Shown: positions 38,180-48,687, counted from the stretch's first letter. The stretch is 64,000 nucleotides of DNA from an uncultured Clostridia bacterium (GCA_944362545.1 CALVTJ010000005.1:65682-129681), one strand, 5' to 3'. Numbers and translations: made by a program. Notes: generated by a model not told the origin, from the letters alone.

Positions 38180-38498
38180 CTTTTTTTACCTCCATTTTCA
38201 CATATTTCGAATAATTTTTTGTTATATCTTCCAACGTTTTTATCAAACTTTCAAACAGAACTTGCACAGATTTATCTTTGACATCTTCCACATTTAATCG
38301 AACAACCAAAAAGCCATCATTTGTGTTTGTTTCAACATTTTTCCCTAACACTTCTTGAAGCCCAACTAAAGTCATTTGCGAGGCCACTGAAACTCCTGCA
38401 CACACAATATCCTGTCCCTCAACAGCATAACCGCTGTGACCTTTGACCTGAAAGCCAACAATCAAATCATTCTTTTCAAAAATCGTAATCTTTATCAT
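38169..38498 (-). CDS. prp: Ribosomal-processing cysteine protease Prp
   Basis: 109 aa between rplU and rpmA. GHSGYA and DIVCAGVS form the His/Cys dyad. Confidence 0.88.
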   Translation of the reverse strand: MIKITIFEKNDLIVGFQVKGHSGYAVEGQDIVCAGVSVASQMTLVGLQEVLGKNVETNTNDGFLVVRLNVEDVKDKSVQVLFESLIKTLEDITKNYSKYVKMEVKKDVY

Positions 38499-38500
38499 AA

Positions 38501-38809
38501 TTACATCTTTATGGAAACAATCTTAATTTCCGTCCATGGTTGTCTGTGACCTTGCTTTTTGCGCTCGTTCTTCTTTGGTTTATATTTGTAAACCACGATT
38601 TTGTCACCTTTTCCGTGTGCCAAAATTTCAGCAACCACTTCAGCCGTCTTAACGGTAGGCGTTCCAGCAACAGTTTTGTTTCCATCAGAAACAAGCAAAC
38701 AATCAAGGTTAATCTTGTCTCCAACAGCACCACCAAGTCTTTCAACTCTAAGCACATCATTTTCAGTCACATTATACTGTTTTCCGCCTGTTTGAACAAC
38801 TGCAAACAT
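38501..38809 (-). CDS. rplU: 50S ribosomal protein L21
   Basis: MFAVVQTGGKQYNV. Confidence 0.95.
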   Translation of the reverse strand: MFAVVQTGGKQYNVTENDVLRVERLGGAVGDKINLDCLLVSDGNKTVAGTPTVKTAEVVAEILAHGKGDKIVVYKYKPKKNERKKQGHRQPWTEIKIVSIKM

Positions 38810-38912
38810 CTTTTTAAACCTCCTCTATCCAAACTCGCTGTATCCAAGGTGGTGTCAATGACACTTTTGTTTTAAACAAATTTTTCTTAATAACCCGACA
38901 CATGCGGATACT
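38810..38912 (-). promoter_or_regulatory. 5' leader of the rplU-prp-rpmA operon (possible L21 leader)
   Basis: ~105-nt UTR with hairpins CATGC...GCATG and GTGTCA..TGACAC between the promoter and the GGAGG SD. Confidence 0.35.
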
Positions 38913-38918
38913 GCATGT

Positions 38919-38947
38919 ATTTTAACAAAAAAAGAGAAATTTGTCAA
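38919..38947 (-). promoter_or_regulatory. Promoter of the rplU operon
   Basis: Minus strand reads TTGACA (38942-38947), 17-nt spacer, TAAAAT (38919-38924). Confidence 0.65.
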
Positions 38948-39011
38948 GTAAAATCACAAATCTCTCTATGAAAACATTTTATAGGCAAGTTCTCTTCTCA
39001 TTTTAACATTT

Positions 39012-39920
39012 TTACAAAACTTTTCGCTGTTTTTTGAGATAATTTTCAAAATAATCCGGCAAAGGAACCTCAAAAGTCACTCTCTCGTTTGTTCTTGGGT
39101 GAATAAATGACAATTTGTAGGCATGCAGAAGTTGCCCCGAAAGTCCTTTTTCTTCCTTTCCATAAATTCTGTCGCCAATGATTGGATGGCCCAGATATTT
39201 TGCATGCACCCTTATTTGATGAGTTCGACCTGTCAAAAGTGAAAATTCTACCAAACAACACCTTTGAAACCGCTCTCGCACCCAATAATCTGTGATTGCT
39301 AAACGACCACTACCCTGCACGCTCATCTTTTTGCGGTCTTTTTTGTCTCGTGCAATAAAGGTTTCAACTCTCCCTGTATCATCCTTCAAATTTCCATCCA
39401 AAACAGCAAGATAATTTCTATGACAAGTCTTGTTTTTGATTTGCTCGGCAAGTTTGATGTGTGCAAAATCATTTTTTGCCACCACCAAAAGCCCACTTGT
39501 ATCCTTGTCAAGTCGATGAACAATCCCCGGTCGAAAACTCCCGTTAATACCACTCAAATCTTTGATGCGAAAAAGTAACCCATTGACCAATGTCCCGCTT
39601 CGAGTGGAAGCACATGGATGCACCACCAGACCCTGTGGTTTGTTTATCACCGCAAGGTCGCTGTCCTGATAGACAATGTCAAATTTGACATCTTCCGGCT
39701 TTGTGGATATCGGTTCAACATTGAGTTTTTCAACATCAATCTTCATGCCAACTTTCAAGGTTGTTCCTGCCTTGCTTGTGACAGCATCATTAACCTTGAT
39801 TTTCCCCTTTTCCATCATTGTTTTGATGTGCGAGCGAGAAAATTCCGGAAATTTTTCCAGCAAAAAAACATCCAATCTTTTGCCTTTGTCATCCGCTGTC
39901 GCCACAAAACTATTCAACAT
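39012..39920 (-). CDS. rluD: RluD-type 23S rRNA pseudouridine synthase
   Basis: S4 domain plus the HRLDKDTSGLLVVAK catalytic motif. Start chosen at ATG 39918-39920 after AAGGTGA. It overlaps the lspA end. Confidence 0.88.
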   Translation of the reverse strand: MLNSFVATADDKGKRLDVFLLEKFPEFSRSHIKTMMEKGKIKVNDAVTSKAGTTLKVGMKIDVEKLNVEPISTKPEDVKFDIVYQDSDLAVINKPQGLVVHPCASTRSGTLVNGLLFRIKDLSGINGSFRPGIVHRLDKDTSGLLVVAKNDFAHIKLAEQIKNKTCHRNYLAVLDGNLKDDTGRVETFIARDKKDRKKMSVQGSGRLAITDYWVRERFQRCCLVEFSLLTGRTHQIRVHAKYLGHPIIGDRIYGKEEKGLSGQLLHAYKLSFIHPRTNERVTFEVPLPDYFENYLKKQRKVL

Positions 39921-40458
39921 CGCCATCACCTTTTTTGCTGTCGGTTGTGTCATCGTTTTTCTCAATCTTAATCTTTGCTTTTCTGTTTTTGACAAAATAC
40001 AAAATAAGGTAGATGACAAACATCACCACACCAACGCAAAGCGACACATCGGCAAAATTAAAAACAGGGAAATCCTGCCAAAAAGCAAACTGAATAAAAT
40101 CTCTCACATATCCAAACACAATGCGGTCATATAGATTACCTAAACATCCGGCAAACAAAAAACCGAATGTGACATTGAGAAACCAAGTTTTGTTTGGTTC
40201 TTTGACATAGTAAAAAACAAAAATAGCCATAAAAACAAGGCTCAAAACAATCAAAAAGGTTTGTCTTCCTGCCAAAATTCCCCATGCTGCACCATAGTTA
40301 TGCACAAGTTTGAAGTTGAAAAGATAAGGAATCACTGTCAGTGTGCTTCCATCATCCAACATATCATCAAAAACATACTTTGTCACCAAATCGAGTGTCA
40401 AAATGCACGCAATAATAGCAAACATGACACACATTTTCACAACATTTTTCTTTTTCAA
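39910..40458 (-). CDS. lspA: Lipoprotein signal peptidase II
   Basis: NYGAAWGILAG and FNFADVSLCVG motifs, with four TM segments. Confidence 0.9.
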   Translation of the reverse strand: MKKKNVVKMCVMFAIIACILTLDLVTKYVFDDMLDDGSTLTVIPYLFNFKLVHNYGAAWGILAGRQTFLIVLSLVFMAIFVFYYVKEPNKTWFLNVTFGFLFAGCLGNLYDRIVFGYVRDFIQFAFWQDFPVFNFADVSLCVGVVMFVIYLILYFVKNRKAKIKIEKNDDTTDSKKGDGDVE

Positions 40459-40459
40459 C

Positions 40460-40690
40460 TCAACCTCTAAACTTGCTATATTTTTTCTTCAATTTTTCCA
40501 AACTTGCATCATCAAAATAACGCTCTGTGTAGCCACAGTCACAGCACACATACCTTGATGTGTAAATTGTTTTTCCAAGTGGTCCGATAACTTCAAAATC
40601 GGCAGTGGAACTTTTCCCTTTTTTGTCTTTGTTTTCAAAAACTAAAATGTGCTCACTTCCACATTTTGGACATTTTCCTGTCTTTTTCAT
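40460..40690 (-). CDS. Small C4 zinc-ribbon protein
   Basis: 76 aa with CPKCG...CCDCG. Its ATG overlaps the sepF stop (ATGA), and its stop lies 1 nt before the lspA ATG. Confidence 0.7.
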   Translation of the reverse strand: MKKTGKCPKCGSEHILVFENKDKKGKSSTADFEVIGPLGKTIYTSRYVCCDCGYTERYFDDASLEKLKKKYSKFRG

Positions 40691-41055
40691 TTTTCTTCCT
40701 TGTCAATTTCCATGTTTTTCGGCAAAAAGATGTATAAATCATTCTCCACAATCTCTTCGCTTGCTCCCAAAACATCAATCACTCCGTGATAATAATCTAA
40801 AATTTTGTTCCTTTCAAACGAATTGCAACCGCGAAAATCAATAAAAAATGGAGTGTCCTTTTTCAAAAGTTCAATTTTGTCCTTGCAATCATCAAATTTT
40901 TGTGGATAAAAGACCTTGATGCCATCAATTTCATCCGGCAATTTTTGGCTAACCTTGAGATTGTAAGATGCTTTCGGTTCTTTTTTCTTCTTCACAACTT
41001 TGACATCATCGCCTTCGAATCCAAAAAATTTGTAGATATAGTTCATTAGTCCCAT
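40687..41055 (-). CDS. sepF: Cell division protein SepF
   Basis: MGLMNYIYKFFGFE N-terminal amphipathic helix. C-terminal SepF core (FFIDFRG...VIDVLGASEEIVENDLYIFLP). Start at ATG after GAGGT. Confidence 0.85.
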   Translation of the reverse strand: MGLMNYIYKFFGFEGDDVKVVKKKKEPKASYNLKVSQKLPDEIDGIKVFYPQKFDDCKDKIELLKKDTPFFIDFRGCNSFERNKILDYYHGVIDVLGASEEIVENDLYIFLPKNMEIDKEEK

Positions 41056-41151
41056 AGCATACCTCAATTTATTGTATCATAAACGACAAAAAAATGTAAA
41101 ACAAATTAAAATCTAAATGACATCACTTTTTCTCAAAAGTGTCGTCTTTTG

Positions 41152-41556
41152 TCAGCAAATATCCTGTTTTTTCAAAAATTTCAAGACTTCTTTCCACAAT
41201 TTTCTTGTGGATGGATAAGTTAGAGCACTCACAACATCATCAAAATCCTTCCACACAAGATGTTCCTTATCCTTTTCTGCAATCAACCTTTCGGTTTTGC
41301 CATCATCCTGCGCAATGTAAAAATAGACAGAGACATCACCTTCACAATTTTTATATTTCATAACAAAAGATTGGTCAAAAATGATGTGATTTACCCTGCC
41401 GGTTTCTTCTTCAGTTTCGCGCACCGCACATTCTTTCAAAGTTTCACCATTTTCAACATGCCCCTTCGGAAAAGAAAAATCTTTGTAAACATCACGAAAC
41501 ACCAACGCCACCTTCTTTCTGCTTTTGTCAAGCAAAATGCATCCTGCCTTGTCCAT
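41152..41556 (-). CDS. NUDIX hydrolase
   Basis: Nudix box GHVENGETLKECAVRETEEETG. Confidence 0.88.
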   Translation of the reverse strand: MDKAGCILLDKSRKKVALVFRDVYKDFSFPKGHVENGETLKECAVRETEEETGRVNHIIFDQSFVMKYKNCEGDVSVYFYIAQDDGKTERLIAEKDKEHLVWKDFDDVVSALTYPSTRKLWKEVLKFLKKQDIC

Positions 41557-41651
41557 AAAAACCTTCCCACCAATATAAATTTTATCTTACCACACTCAAT
41601 CAAACTATGTCAAATAAACACAACAACACACGAATCACCACAAAACAGCAA

Positions 41652-41679
41652 CAAAAAAAGACTGACAAAAATCAGTCTT
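41652..41679 (-). terminator. Intrinsic terminator after tuf
   Basis: Minus strand AGACTGA-TTTTTG-TCAGTCT, then TTTTTT. Confidence 0.7.
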
Positions 41680-41697
41680 TTTGTTTTCATAATGTCA

Positions 41698-42900
41698 TTA
41701 TTCGATAATTTCGGAAACAACACCAGAACCAACTGTTCTGCCACCTTCACGGATAGCGAAACGAAGTCCTTGTTCAATAGCAATTTCCTTGCTAAGAGTG
41801 ATTGTCATCTTTACGTTATCTCCAGGCATAACCATTTCAACTCCTGCTGGAAGTTCGATTGTTCCTGTGACATCAGTTGTTCTGAAATAGAATTGTGGTC
41901 TATAACCATTGAAGAATGGTGTGTGACGACCGCCTTCTTCTTTCTTCAAAACGTAAACTTCAGCATGGAATTTTGTGTGTGGATGAATTGTGCCAGGTTT
42001 GCAAAGAACTTGACCTCTTTCAATTTCATTTCTTTGAATTCCACGAAGAAGAAGTCCAACGTTATCTCCGGCTCTTCCTTCATCAAGAGTCTTTCTGAAC
42101 ATTTCTACGCCAGTGATAACTGTCTGCTTCTTTGAACCCATACCAACAATTTCAACAACATCGTTAATATGAACAATTCCTCTTTCAATTCTTCCTGTTG
42201 CAACTGTTCCACGACCTGTGATTGTAAACACATCTTCAACTGGCATAAGGAATGGCTTGTCGATGTCTCTCTTTGGTTCTGGAATGTATGAATCAAGAGC
42301 ATCAAGAAGTTCTTGAATGCACTTGCAAGCTGGATCTTCAATATTTCCTGCTTGAGCAGCTTCCAAAGCCTTAAGAGCAGAACCACGAATAATAGGAGTC
42401 TTGTCTCCTGGGAATCCATATTCTGTCAAAAGTTCTCTAATTTCAACTTCAACCAAGTCCAAAAGTTCTGGATCATCAACTTGGTCAACTTTGTTCATGA
42501 ACACAATGATATAAGGAACACCAACCTGTCTAGCAAGCAAAATGTGTTCTCTTGTCTGAGGCATTGGTCCATCAGTTGCAGCAACAACAAGGATGGCGCC
42601 ATCCATTTGAGCAGCACCGGTAATCATGTTTTTAACATAATCTGCGTGTCCCGGGCAGTCAACGTGTGCATAGTGACGCTTATCTGTCTGATACTCAACG
42701 TGAGCTGTGTTGATGGTGATACCTCTAGCTCTTTCTTCTGGAGCCTTATCGATTTCATCATATCTCATTTTTTGTGCCAAACCCTTTGCAGCACAATACA
42801 TTGTGATAGCAGCTGTAAGGGTGGTCTTGCCATGGTCAACGTGACCAATGGTTCCAACATTAATATGTGGTTTAGTTCTATCAAATTTTCCAATAGCCAT
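41698..42900 (-). CDS. tuf: Elongation factor Tu
   Basis: [18 protein letters not shown] and NKVD motifs. 400 aa. Confidence 0.98.
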   Translation of the reverse strand: MAIGKFDRTKPHINVGTIGHVDHGKTTLTAAITMYCAAKGLAQKMRYDEIDKAPEERARGITINTAHVEYQTDKRHYAHVDCPGHADYVKNMITGAAQMDGAILVVAATDGPMPQTREHILLARQVGVPYIIVFMNKVDQVDDPELLDLVEVEIRELLTEYGFPGDKTPIIRGSALKALEAAQAGNIEDPACKCIQELLDALDSYIPEPKRDIDKPFLMPVEDVFTITGRGTVATGRIERGIVHINDVVEIVGMGSKKQTVITGVEMFRKTLDEGRAGDNVGLLLRGIQRNEIERGQVLCKPGTIHPHTKFHAEVYVLKKEEGGRHTPFFNGYRPQFYFRTTDVTGTIELPAGVEMVMPGDNVKMTITLSKEIAIEQGLRFAIREGGRTVGSGVVSEIIE

Positions 42901-42934
42901 TTTAACTAATCTCCTTTTTATGTTTTACTTTGAT

Positions 42935-42962
42935 ATTTTAGCATAATTTTCGAAAATGTCAA
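42935..42962 (-). promoter_or_regulatory. Promoter for tuf
   Basis: Minus strand reads TTGACA (42957-42962), 16-nt spacer ending in TGC, TAAAAT (42935-42940). Confidence 0.55.
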
Positions 42963-43113
42963 AACAATTTACATTATTTTTTAGAAATTTTCAAGATTTT
43001 TATGCTTCGCAAATGACTTTTTTATCGTTTTAAGTCATATTGCCACCTAAAAAGATATTAAACTGCTCGTTTTATGCGACTTTTACGCAAAAACAAGCTT
43101 TTTAAAATCTTGT

Positions 43114-45189
43114 TTATGCTTGTTTCTTACGCTGTCCAACAATGTTTTCAGCGATATTCTTTGGAACTTCATTATATTTCAAAAATTCCATTGTAAATGT
43201 TCCACGACCCTGTGTTTGGGAACGCAAGTCTGTTGCATATCCAAACATCTCTCCAAGAGGAACTTCAGCATTGACAACTTGAACGCCTGGTTTTGTTTCA
43301 TTTCCTGTCAAGATTCCACGACGAGAAGTGAGATTGCCCATAACGGTTCCAAGATAGTCTTCCGGCACTTCAACTTGCACTTTCATAATTGGTTCAAGAA
43401 GAACAGGATTTGCTCTTGTTGCACCATCTTTAAATGCCATTGAGCCAGCAATCTTAAATGCCATTTCAGAAGAGTCGACTTCATGGTAAGAGCCATCAAT
43501 GACAGTCGCCTTAAAGTCAACAGTTTCATATCCAGCAATAACACCATTCTTACTTGCTTCTTGAATTCCATTATTTACAGGTTGGATATATTCTTTTGGA
43601 ATAGAACCACCAACAGTCTTGTCCTCAAAAACATAGCCAGCGCCTGGTTCCAAAGGTTCGAGTTCGATCACGCAGTGACCATACTGACCCTTACCACCAG
43701 ACTGCCTAACAAACTTTCCTTCTGCAGTCACTTTCTTTCTGATTGTTTCTTTGTAAGCAACCTGTGGTTTGCCGACATTTGCTTCTACTTTAAATTCTCT
43801 CAGAAGTCTGTCAACAATGATTTCAAGGTGAAGTTCTCCCATACCAGCAATGATTGTTTGACCGGTTTCTTGATCCGTATAAGTTTTGAAAGTTGGATCT
43901 TCTTCAGCAAGTTTAACAAGAGCAAGCACCATTTTTTCTTGCATCTGCTTTGTTTTAGGTTCAATAGCAACTCTGATAACAGGTTCTGGGAATTCCATGC
44001 TTTCAAGTTGAATAGGATATTTTTCATCACACAATGTTTCACCTGTGATTGTGTCTTTAAGTCCAACGATGGCAGCAATGTCTCCCGCCCCAACTTCTTT
44101 GATTTCTTCTCTTTGGTTTGCATGCATTCTAATCAAACGACCAACTCTTTCTTTCTCTCCTTTGTTTGAGTTGTAAACATAAGAGCCAGCAACCAACTTT
44201 CCAGAGTAAACTCTAAAGAAAGCCAAACGACCAACAAATGGGTCAGTCATAATCTTGAATGCAAGTCCAGCAAATGGAGCATCTTCACTTGGTGCTCTTG
44301 TTTCAGTTTCACCGGTGTCTGGATTGATACCACTTATATGTTCGATGTCAAGTGGTGATGGAAGATATTCCACCATAGCATCCAACAACATCTGAACACC
44401 TTTGTTTTTGTAAGATGAACCGCACAAAACAGGGACAAGTGTTCTGTTTATTGTTGCCTTTCTCAAGGCTTTTTTAAGTTCATCAATTGTGATTTCTGCA
44501 CCTTCAAAATATTTTTCCAAGAGTGCATCATCAGTTTCCACAATTTGTTCCACCATTTCATCGTGGAGTTTTTGTGCCTGTGCTTTGTATTTCTCTGGAA
44601 TTTCAACAACATCAATCTTTGTTCCAAGGTCATCTTCATAGACTTCTGCCTTCATTGTCAAAAGATCAATAATTCCACTAAATGTGTCAGCCTCACCAAT
44701 TGGCATTTGGATGGCAAGTGGATGAGTGTTGAGTCTTGTTCTTATTGATTCAACGCAACCATTAAAGTCAGCAGCATCTCTGTCCATTTTGTTTACATAG
44801 ATGATTGTTGGAACTTTGTAGTTTGTCGCCTGACGCCAAACAGTTTCTGTCTGTGGTTGAACCTTGTCACGAGCAGAAAGCACCAAAACCGCACCATCAA
44901 GAACCTTGAGTGAACGCTCAACTTCAACTGTGAAGTCAACGTGTCCCGGAGTGTCGATGATGTTGATTTTGTGACCTTTCCAATAGCAAGTTGTGCAGGC
45001 AGATGTGATGGTAATACCTCTTTCCTGTTCCTGAACCATCCAGTCCATGGTGGCAGCCCCGTCATGCACTTCACCTATCTTATGGTTTTTGCCGGTGTAG
45101 AACAAAATTCTTTCAGTTGTTGTGGTCTTTCCAGCATCAATGTGAGCCATAATACCGACATTTCTAGTCAATTCTAGGTTTGTAGCCAT
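43114..45189 (-). CDS. fusA: Elongation factor G
   Basis: [15 protein letters not shown] and DTPGHVDF motifs. 691 aa. Confidence 0.98.
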   Translation of the reverse strand: MATNLELTRNVGIMAHIDAGKTTTTERILFYTGKNHKIGEVHDGAATMDWMVQEQERGITITSACTTCYWKGHKINIIDTPGHVDFTVEVERSLKVLDGAVLVLSARDKVQPQTETVWRQATNYKVPTIIYVNKMDRDAADFNGCVESIRTRLNTHPLAIQMPIGEADTFSGIIDLLTMKAEVYEDDLGTKIDVVEIPEKYKAQAQKLHDEMVEQIVETDDALLEKYFEGAEITIDELKKALRKATINRTLVPVLCGSSYKNKGVQMLLDAMVEYLPSPLDIEHISGINPDTGETETRAPSEDAPFAGLAFKIMTDPFVGRLAFFRVYSGKLVAGSYVYNSNKGEKERVGRLIRMHANQREEIKEVGAGDIAAIVGLKDTITGETLCDEKYPIQLESMEFPEPVIRVAIEPKTKQMQEKMVLALVKLAEEDPTFKTYTDQETGQTIIAGMGELHLEIIVDRLLREFKVEANVGKPQVAYKETIRKKVTAEGKFVRQSGGKGQYGHCVIELEPLEPGAGYVFEDKTVGGSIPKEYIQPVNNGIQEASKNGVIAGYETVDFKATVIDGSYHEVDSSEMAFKIAGSMAFKDGATRANPVLLEPIMKVQVEVPEDYLGTVMGNLTSRRGILTGNETKPGVQVVNAEVPLGEMFGYATDLRSQTQGRGTFTMEFLKYNEVPKNIAENIVGQRKKQA

Positions 45190-45326
45190 ATATTTTCTCC
45201 TAATTTAAATTTGTTCATTTTTCGAAAGGAATAAACAAAAACCTATGATTTTTGCTATTAGAAAAATCACAAAACAAATTGATTATAACAAATTTTCAGA
45301 CAATCGCCAAACAATTCGGCATGATT

Positions 45327-45800
45327 TTACCACTTGTAGTGTGCAAATGCCTTGTTTGCTTCTGCCATTCTGTGCATTTCATCACGCTTTTTGATTGATG
45401 CGCCGGCGTTGTTATAAGCATCCAAAAGTTCGCCTGCGAGTTTTTCATTCATATTTCTCTCGCCTGTTCTCTTTCTTGCGTTTTGAACAATCCAGCGAAT
45501 AGCCAAAGTCTGTCTTCTTTCAGGACGGATTTCCATAGGAACTTGGTATGTTGCACCACCAACTCTGCGTCCTTTTGTTTCAAGCATTGGTTTAACATTC
45601 TCAATTGCTGTCAAGCAAACATCAAGAGGTTCCAAACTTGTCTTGTTTTTAATAATATCGAAAGAGCCATAAACAATTCTTTGAGCAAGACCTTTCTTTC
45701 CACTCATCATAACTTGATTGATAAGTTTTGTGACAACCTTGTTATTGTAAATTGGATCTGGCAAAACTTCTTTCTTAACCGCACTATTTCTTCTAGGCAT
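45327..45800 (-). CDS. rpsG: 30S ribosomal protein S7
   Basis: [19 protein letters not shown]. Confidence 0.97.
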   Translation of the reverse strand: MPRRNSAVKKEVLPDPIYNNKVVTKLINQVMMSGKKGLAQRIVYGSFDIIKNKTSLEPLDVCLTAIENVKPMLETKGRRVGGATYQVPMEIRPERRQTLAIRWIVQNARKRTGERNMNEKLAGELLDAYNNAGASIKKRDEMHRMAEANKAFAHYKW

Positions 45801-45863
45801 GGTTTTACTCTCCTTTTAAAAATTTTTCATAAGATGCCAAAGCACCTTTTTGTTTGGCAAAGA

Positions 45864-46244
45864 TTATTTGCCAGCTTTTGGTCTTTTTGCGCCATATTTG
45901 GAACGCCCCTGCTTTCTGTTTGCAACGCCAGCAGTGTCAAGTGTTCCACGAATGATGTGATAACGCACACCAGGAAGGTCCCTTACACGTCCGCCACGAA
46001 CAAGCACAACGCTGTGTTCCTGCAAATTGTGTCCAATTCCAGGGATGTAGCAAGTTCCTTCTTGACCATTTGAAAGTTTTACTCTGGCAATTTTTCTCAA
46101 AGCAGAGTTAGGCTTTTTAGGAGTTGCAGTTCTTACTGACAAGCAAACACCACGCTTTTGAGGGCATTCTTCAAGAAGTGGAGCCTTTTTCTTCTTTTCA
46201 AATGATTTTCTTCCGTTTCTAATCAATTGGTTAAATGTAGGCAT
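45864..46244 (-). CDS. rpsL: 30S ribosomal protein S12
   Basis: [13 protein letters not shown]...CPQKRGVC...[10 protein letters not shown]. Confidence 0.97.
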   Translation of the reverse strand: MPTFNQLIRNGRKSFEKKKKAPLLEECPQKRGVCLSVRTATPKKPNSALRKIARVKLSNGQEGTCYIPGIGHNLQEHSVVLVRGGRVRDLPGVRYHIIRGTLDTAGVANRKQGRSKYGAKRPKAGK

Positions 46245-46574
46245 TTCGTTTTCTCCTTTTTTTAGATTTTCAGTTTTAAATCATGAATGGATTTGTCTTA
46301 TAGACACAAAATCTTCTTCTGTGCCATAAAAAATGACACGGGCTTCCGTGCCAATGAAAAATGCTTGAATTTGTTAAACATGAACAACACAATCATATCT
46401 TCTATGACTTTGAAAAGAAAACTTTTCAAATCGGTGAGGTTTGTGACCCTTTTCCTGTCGCCCAAAGTCAATGTCCTTGGACTGCGTTGAAACTGACTTA
46501 CGCCAAATCAACTCGTCACCTGTTGTTTGTTTATGCTTAAAGAAGTTAAGCATTGTTTCCGACAACGAAACACA
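46245..46574 (-). ncRNA. Long structured 5' leader of rpsL, or an independent ~250-nt RNA. Class unknown.
   Basis: Bounded by a consensus promoter and an internal intrinsic terminator. Contains perfect hairpins at 46533-46553 and 46410-46429. It is more GC-rich than neighbouring spacers. Confidence 0.45.
46326..46352 (-). terminator. Intrinsic terminator inside the rpsL leader, 82 nt before the ATG
   Basis: Minus strand GGCACGG-AAGC-CCGTGTC, then ATTTTTTAT. Confidence 0.65.
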
Positions 46575-46580
46575 TTGTGT

Positions 46581-46609
46581 ATTATAAACAAAAGAGCAAA
46601 ACTTGTCAA
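46581..46609 (-). promoter_or_regulatory. Perfect consensus sigma-70 promoter upstream of the rpsL leader
   Basis: Minus strand reads TTGACA (46604-46609), 17-nt spacer, TATAAT (46581-46586). Confidence 0.7.
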
Positions 46610-46731
46610 CAGTTTCGCTCAATTTTTTTACAAAATTTCCCTTTTCATATTATATATGCACGTATGCACGCGCAGGCGGTTTTGTGGTGTTTGCAAATTT
46701 GTTTTGTTTAAATTGTGCATATTTTCACACA

Positions 46732-48687
46732 TCAGTCCTTCAAAAACTTTGCAACAAACTCATCTTCGCTCAAAACCGGCACGCCAATTGCTTTTGCTTT
46801 GTCAAGTTTGCTCCCCGCTTCCTCGCCCGCCAAAACATATGTGGTGTTTTTGGAAACAGAAGAAGATGTCTTTCCGCCATGCTCTTCGATGATTTTTGTC
46901 ATGTCCGCTCGAGAGTAGTGTGGCAGTGTTCCAGTCAGTACAAATGTCATGCCGGAAAGCTCCTGTGAAGTGGCGGAATTGTTATAGACAATCTCAATGC
47001 CTGCATTAAACAAATTTTCAATTTCTTTCAAATTGTCGTTGTCGGAAAAGAAATCCAAGATGTTTTGCGCAATGATTTCTCCAATATCTTCCACCGCCAA
47101 AAGTTCTTCCATTGTTGCACCTTTCAAATCTTCAAAAGTCTTGAAGTTGCGAGCCAAATCCTTTGCGGTCTTGATGCCGACTTCGCTTATGCCAAGTCCA
47201 TAGATGAAACGATAAAAATCAATATGCTTGCTTCTTTGCAAACTTGTCAACACATTTTCTGCCTTTTTGTCCTTGAATTTTTCAAGTCCGACAAGTTGTT
47301 CTTTCGTGAAATTGTAAAGGTCAGAAAAATGCCTTGTGCCAAGGTCGTTATAAAATTGAATGATGGTCTTTTCTGACAAGCCTTCAATGTTAAACGCATC
47401 TCTTTCAACAAAATGTGTCAGTCTTGCAACAATTTGGTCCTTGCAGTTATCATGATTTGGACAGAACAAAAGCGGACCTTTTTTGACAAGTGGAGTTTGA
47501 CAGCATGGACAAGTCCTTGGCTCTTCAATCTCCTGTGAGTCTGCATACTTTTCTGCCAAGCCCAAAACTTCAGGAATGACCTCATTGCTTCGTCTTATAA
47601 AAACTCTGCTGTTTATATAAACATTTTTCTTTCTTATGTCTTCAATGTTGTTCAATGTTGCACGCGTGATGGTCGCACCGGCAAGTTCGACCGGCTCCAA
47701 CACCGCAATCGGCGAAACCTTTCCGCTTCTGCCCACCTGCCATACGACATCTTTGAGCATGGTGGAAACTTCTTCCGCCTCAAATTTGAAGGCTCTTGCC
47801 CACTTTGGATATTTGTTTGTGTAGCCAATCTCTTCACGCGGTGCAACCTGATTGAGTTTTATTACCATTCCATCAATCATGACATCTAGGTTGTCTTTGA
47901 CAACATCCACTTGGTTGATTATATCTTCCGCTTCCTGCTCGGTCTTGACCACCTTGAAAAAGTCGCCGGTCTTGAAGCCGTTTTCTTTGATAAATTCATG
48001 CATTTGCTCCTGCGTGTCAAAAGACTTTCCTTCGGCATAGAGCACCGCATAGCAAAAGTAGTCAAGTTGACGCTTTGCTGTCTCTTTTGGGTCAAGGTTT
48101 CTTATCGCCCCAGCAACACCATTGCGCGGATTTTTGAGTGGTTCTTCGGCGGTTTTGTTGTAGCGCTTAAAGGCAGAATTTGTCATCATGCCTTCGCCCT
48201 GAAAGATGATTCTGTTTTTGAATGGAATTTCCAGCGGAACGCTTCGAATGGTTTTAACCTGCTCTGTGACATCTTCGCCAATTTCACCATTTCCACGCGT
48301 GGTGGCACTGACAAACTTGCCATCCTGATATTCTGTCACAATCGTCAACCCATCAAATTTGTATTCCACCGCAAAAGTTGGATTTTTGACATACTTTTTC
48401 ATATCATCAAAAAACGCGCGAAGTTCGGCAAAAGAACGCACCTTACCCATGGAATAAAGCCTAACCTGATGTCTTCTTTTGACAAACTTATCCAAAACAT
48501 CTCCACCCACTCTCTGTGTCGGAGAATTTGGCAAAATGACACCTGTTTCTTTTTCCAAGTCGACAAGTTCATCATAGAGTTTGTCATATTCTTTGTCAGA
48601 GATGGTCGGATTGTCGAGTTCATAATAATTTCGGTTGTGCATCAAAATGACATCGACAAGTTGTTTCATTCTTTCAAGTTTATCCAT
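46732..48687 (-). CDS. ligA: NAD-dependent DNA ligase
   Basis: EYKFDGL adenylation Lys motif, Cys4 Zn finger (CPCCQTPL...CPN..C), HhH and BRCT domains. Start at ATG 48685-48687 after GGAGG. Confidence 0.95.
   Translation of the reverse strand: MDKLERMKQLVDVILMHNRNYYELDNPTISDKEYDKLYDELVDLEKETGVILPNSPTQRVGGDVLDKFVKRRHQVRLYSMGKVRSFAELRAFFDDMKKYVKNPTFAVEYKFDGLTIVTEYQDGKFVSATTRGNGEIGEDVTEQVKTIRSVPLEIPFKNRIIFQGEGMMTNSAFKRYNKTAEEPLKNPRNGVAGAIRNLDPKETAKRQLDYFCYAVLYAEGKSFDTQEQMHEFIKENGFKTGDFFKVVKTEQEAEDIINQVDVVKDNLDVMIDGMVIKLNQVAPREEIGYTNKYPKWARAFKFEAEEVSTMLKDVVWQVGRSGKVSPIAVLEPVELAGATITRATLNNIEDIRKKNVYINSRVFIRRSNEVIPEVLGLAEKYADSQEIEEPRTCPCCQTPLVKKGPLLFCPNHDNCKDQIVARLTHFVERDAFNIEGLSEKTIIQFYNDLGTRHFSDLYNFTKEQLVGLEKFKDKKAENVLTSLQRSKHIDFYRFIYGLGISEVGIKTAKDLARNFKTFEDLKGATMEELLAVEDIGEIIAQNILDFFSDNDNLKEIENLFNAGIEIVYNNSATSQELSGMTFVLTGTLPHYSRADMTKIIEEHGGKTSSSVSKNTTYVLAGEEAGSKLDKAKAIGVPVLSEDEFVAKFLKD

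Noticed and set aside
41260-42135. Long antisense ORFs opposite highly expressed genes (291 aa opposite tuf). Others lie at 47911-48729 opposite ligA, 43483-44169 opposite fusA, 1364-2029, 31663-32349 and 56650-57130.
   Set aside because: They are shadow ORFs on the strand opposite clearly conserved genes. Their composition is low-complexity or Ser/Phe/Leu-rich, and they have no RBS.
46374-46622. 82-aa minus-strand ORF (58 aa from the internal ATG) inside the rpsL upstream region
   Set aside because: Its first start codon lies upstream of the -35 box of the only good promoter. The internal ATG has no real SD. The codon choice (many AAG, GAC, CAG, ACG, GGG, CGA) is unlike the A/T-ending usage of neighbouring genes. 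The sequence is better explained as structured RNA.
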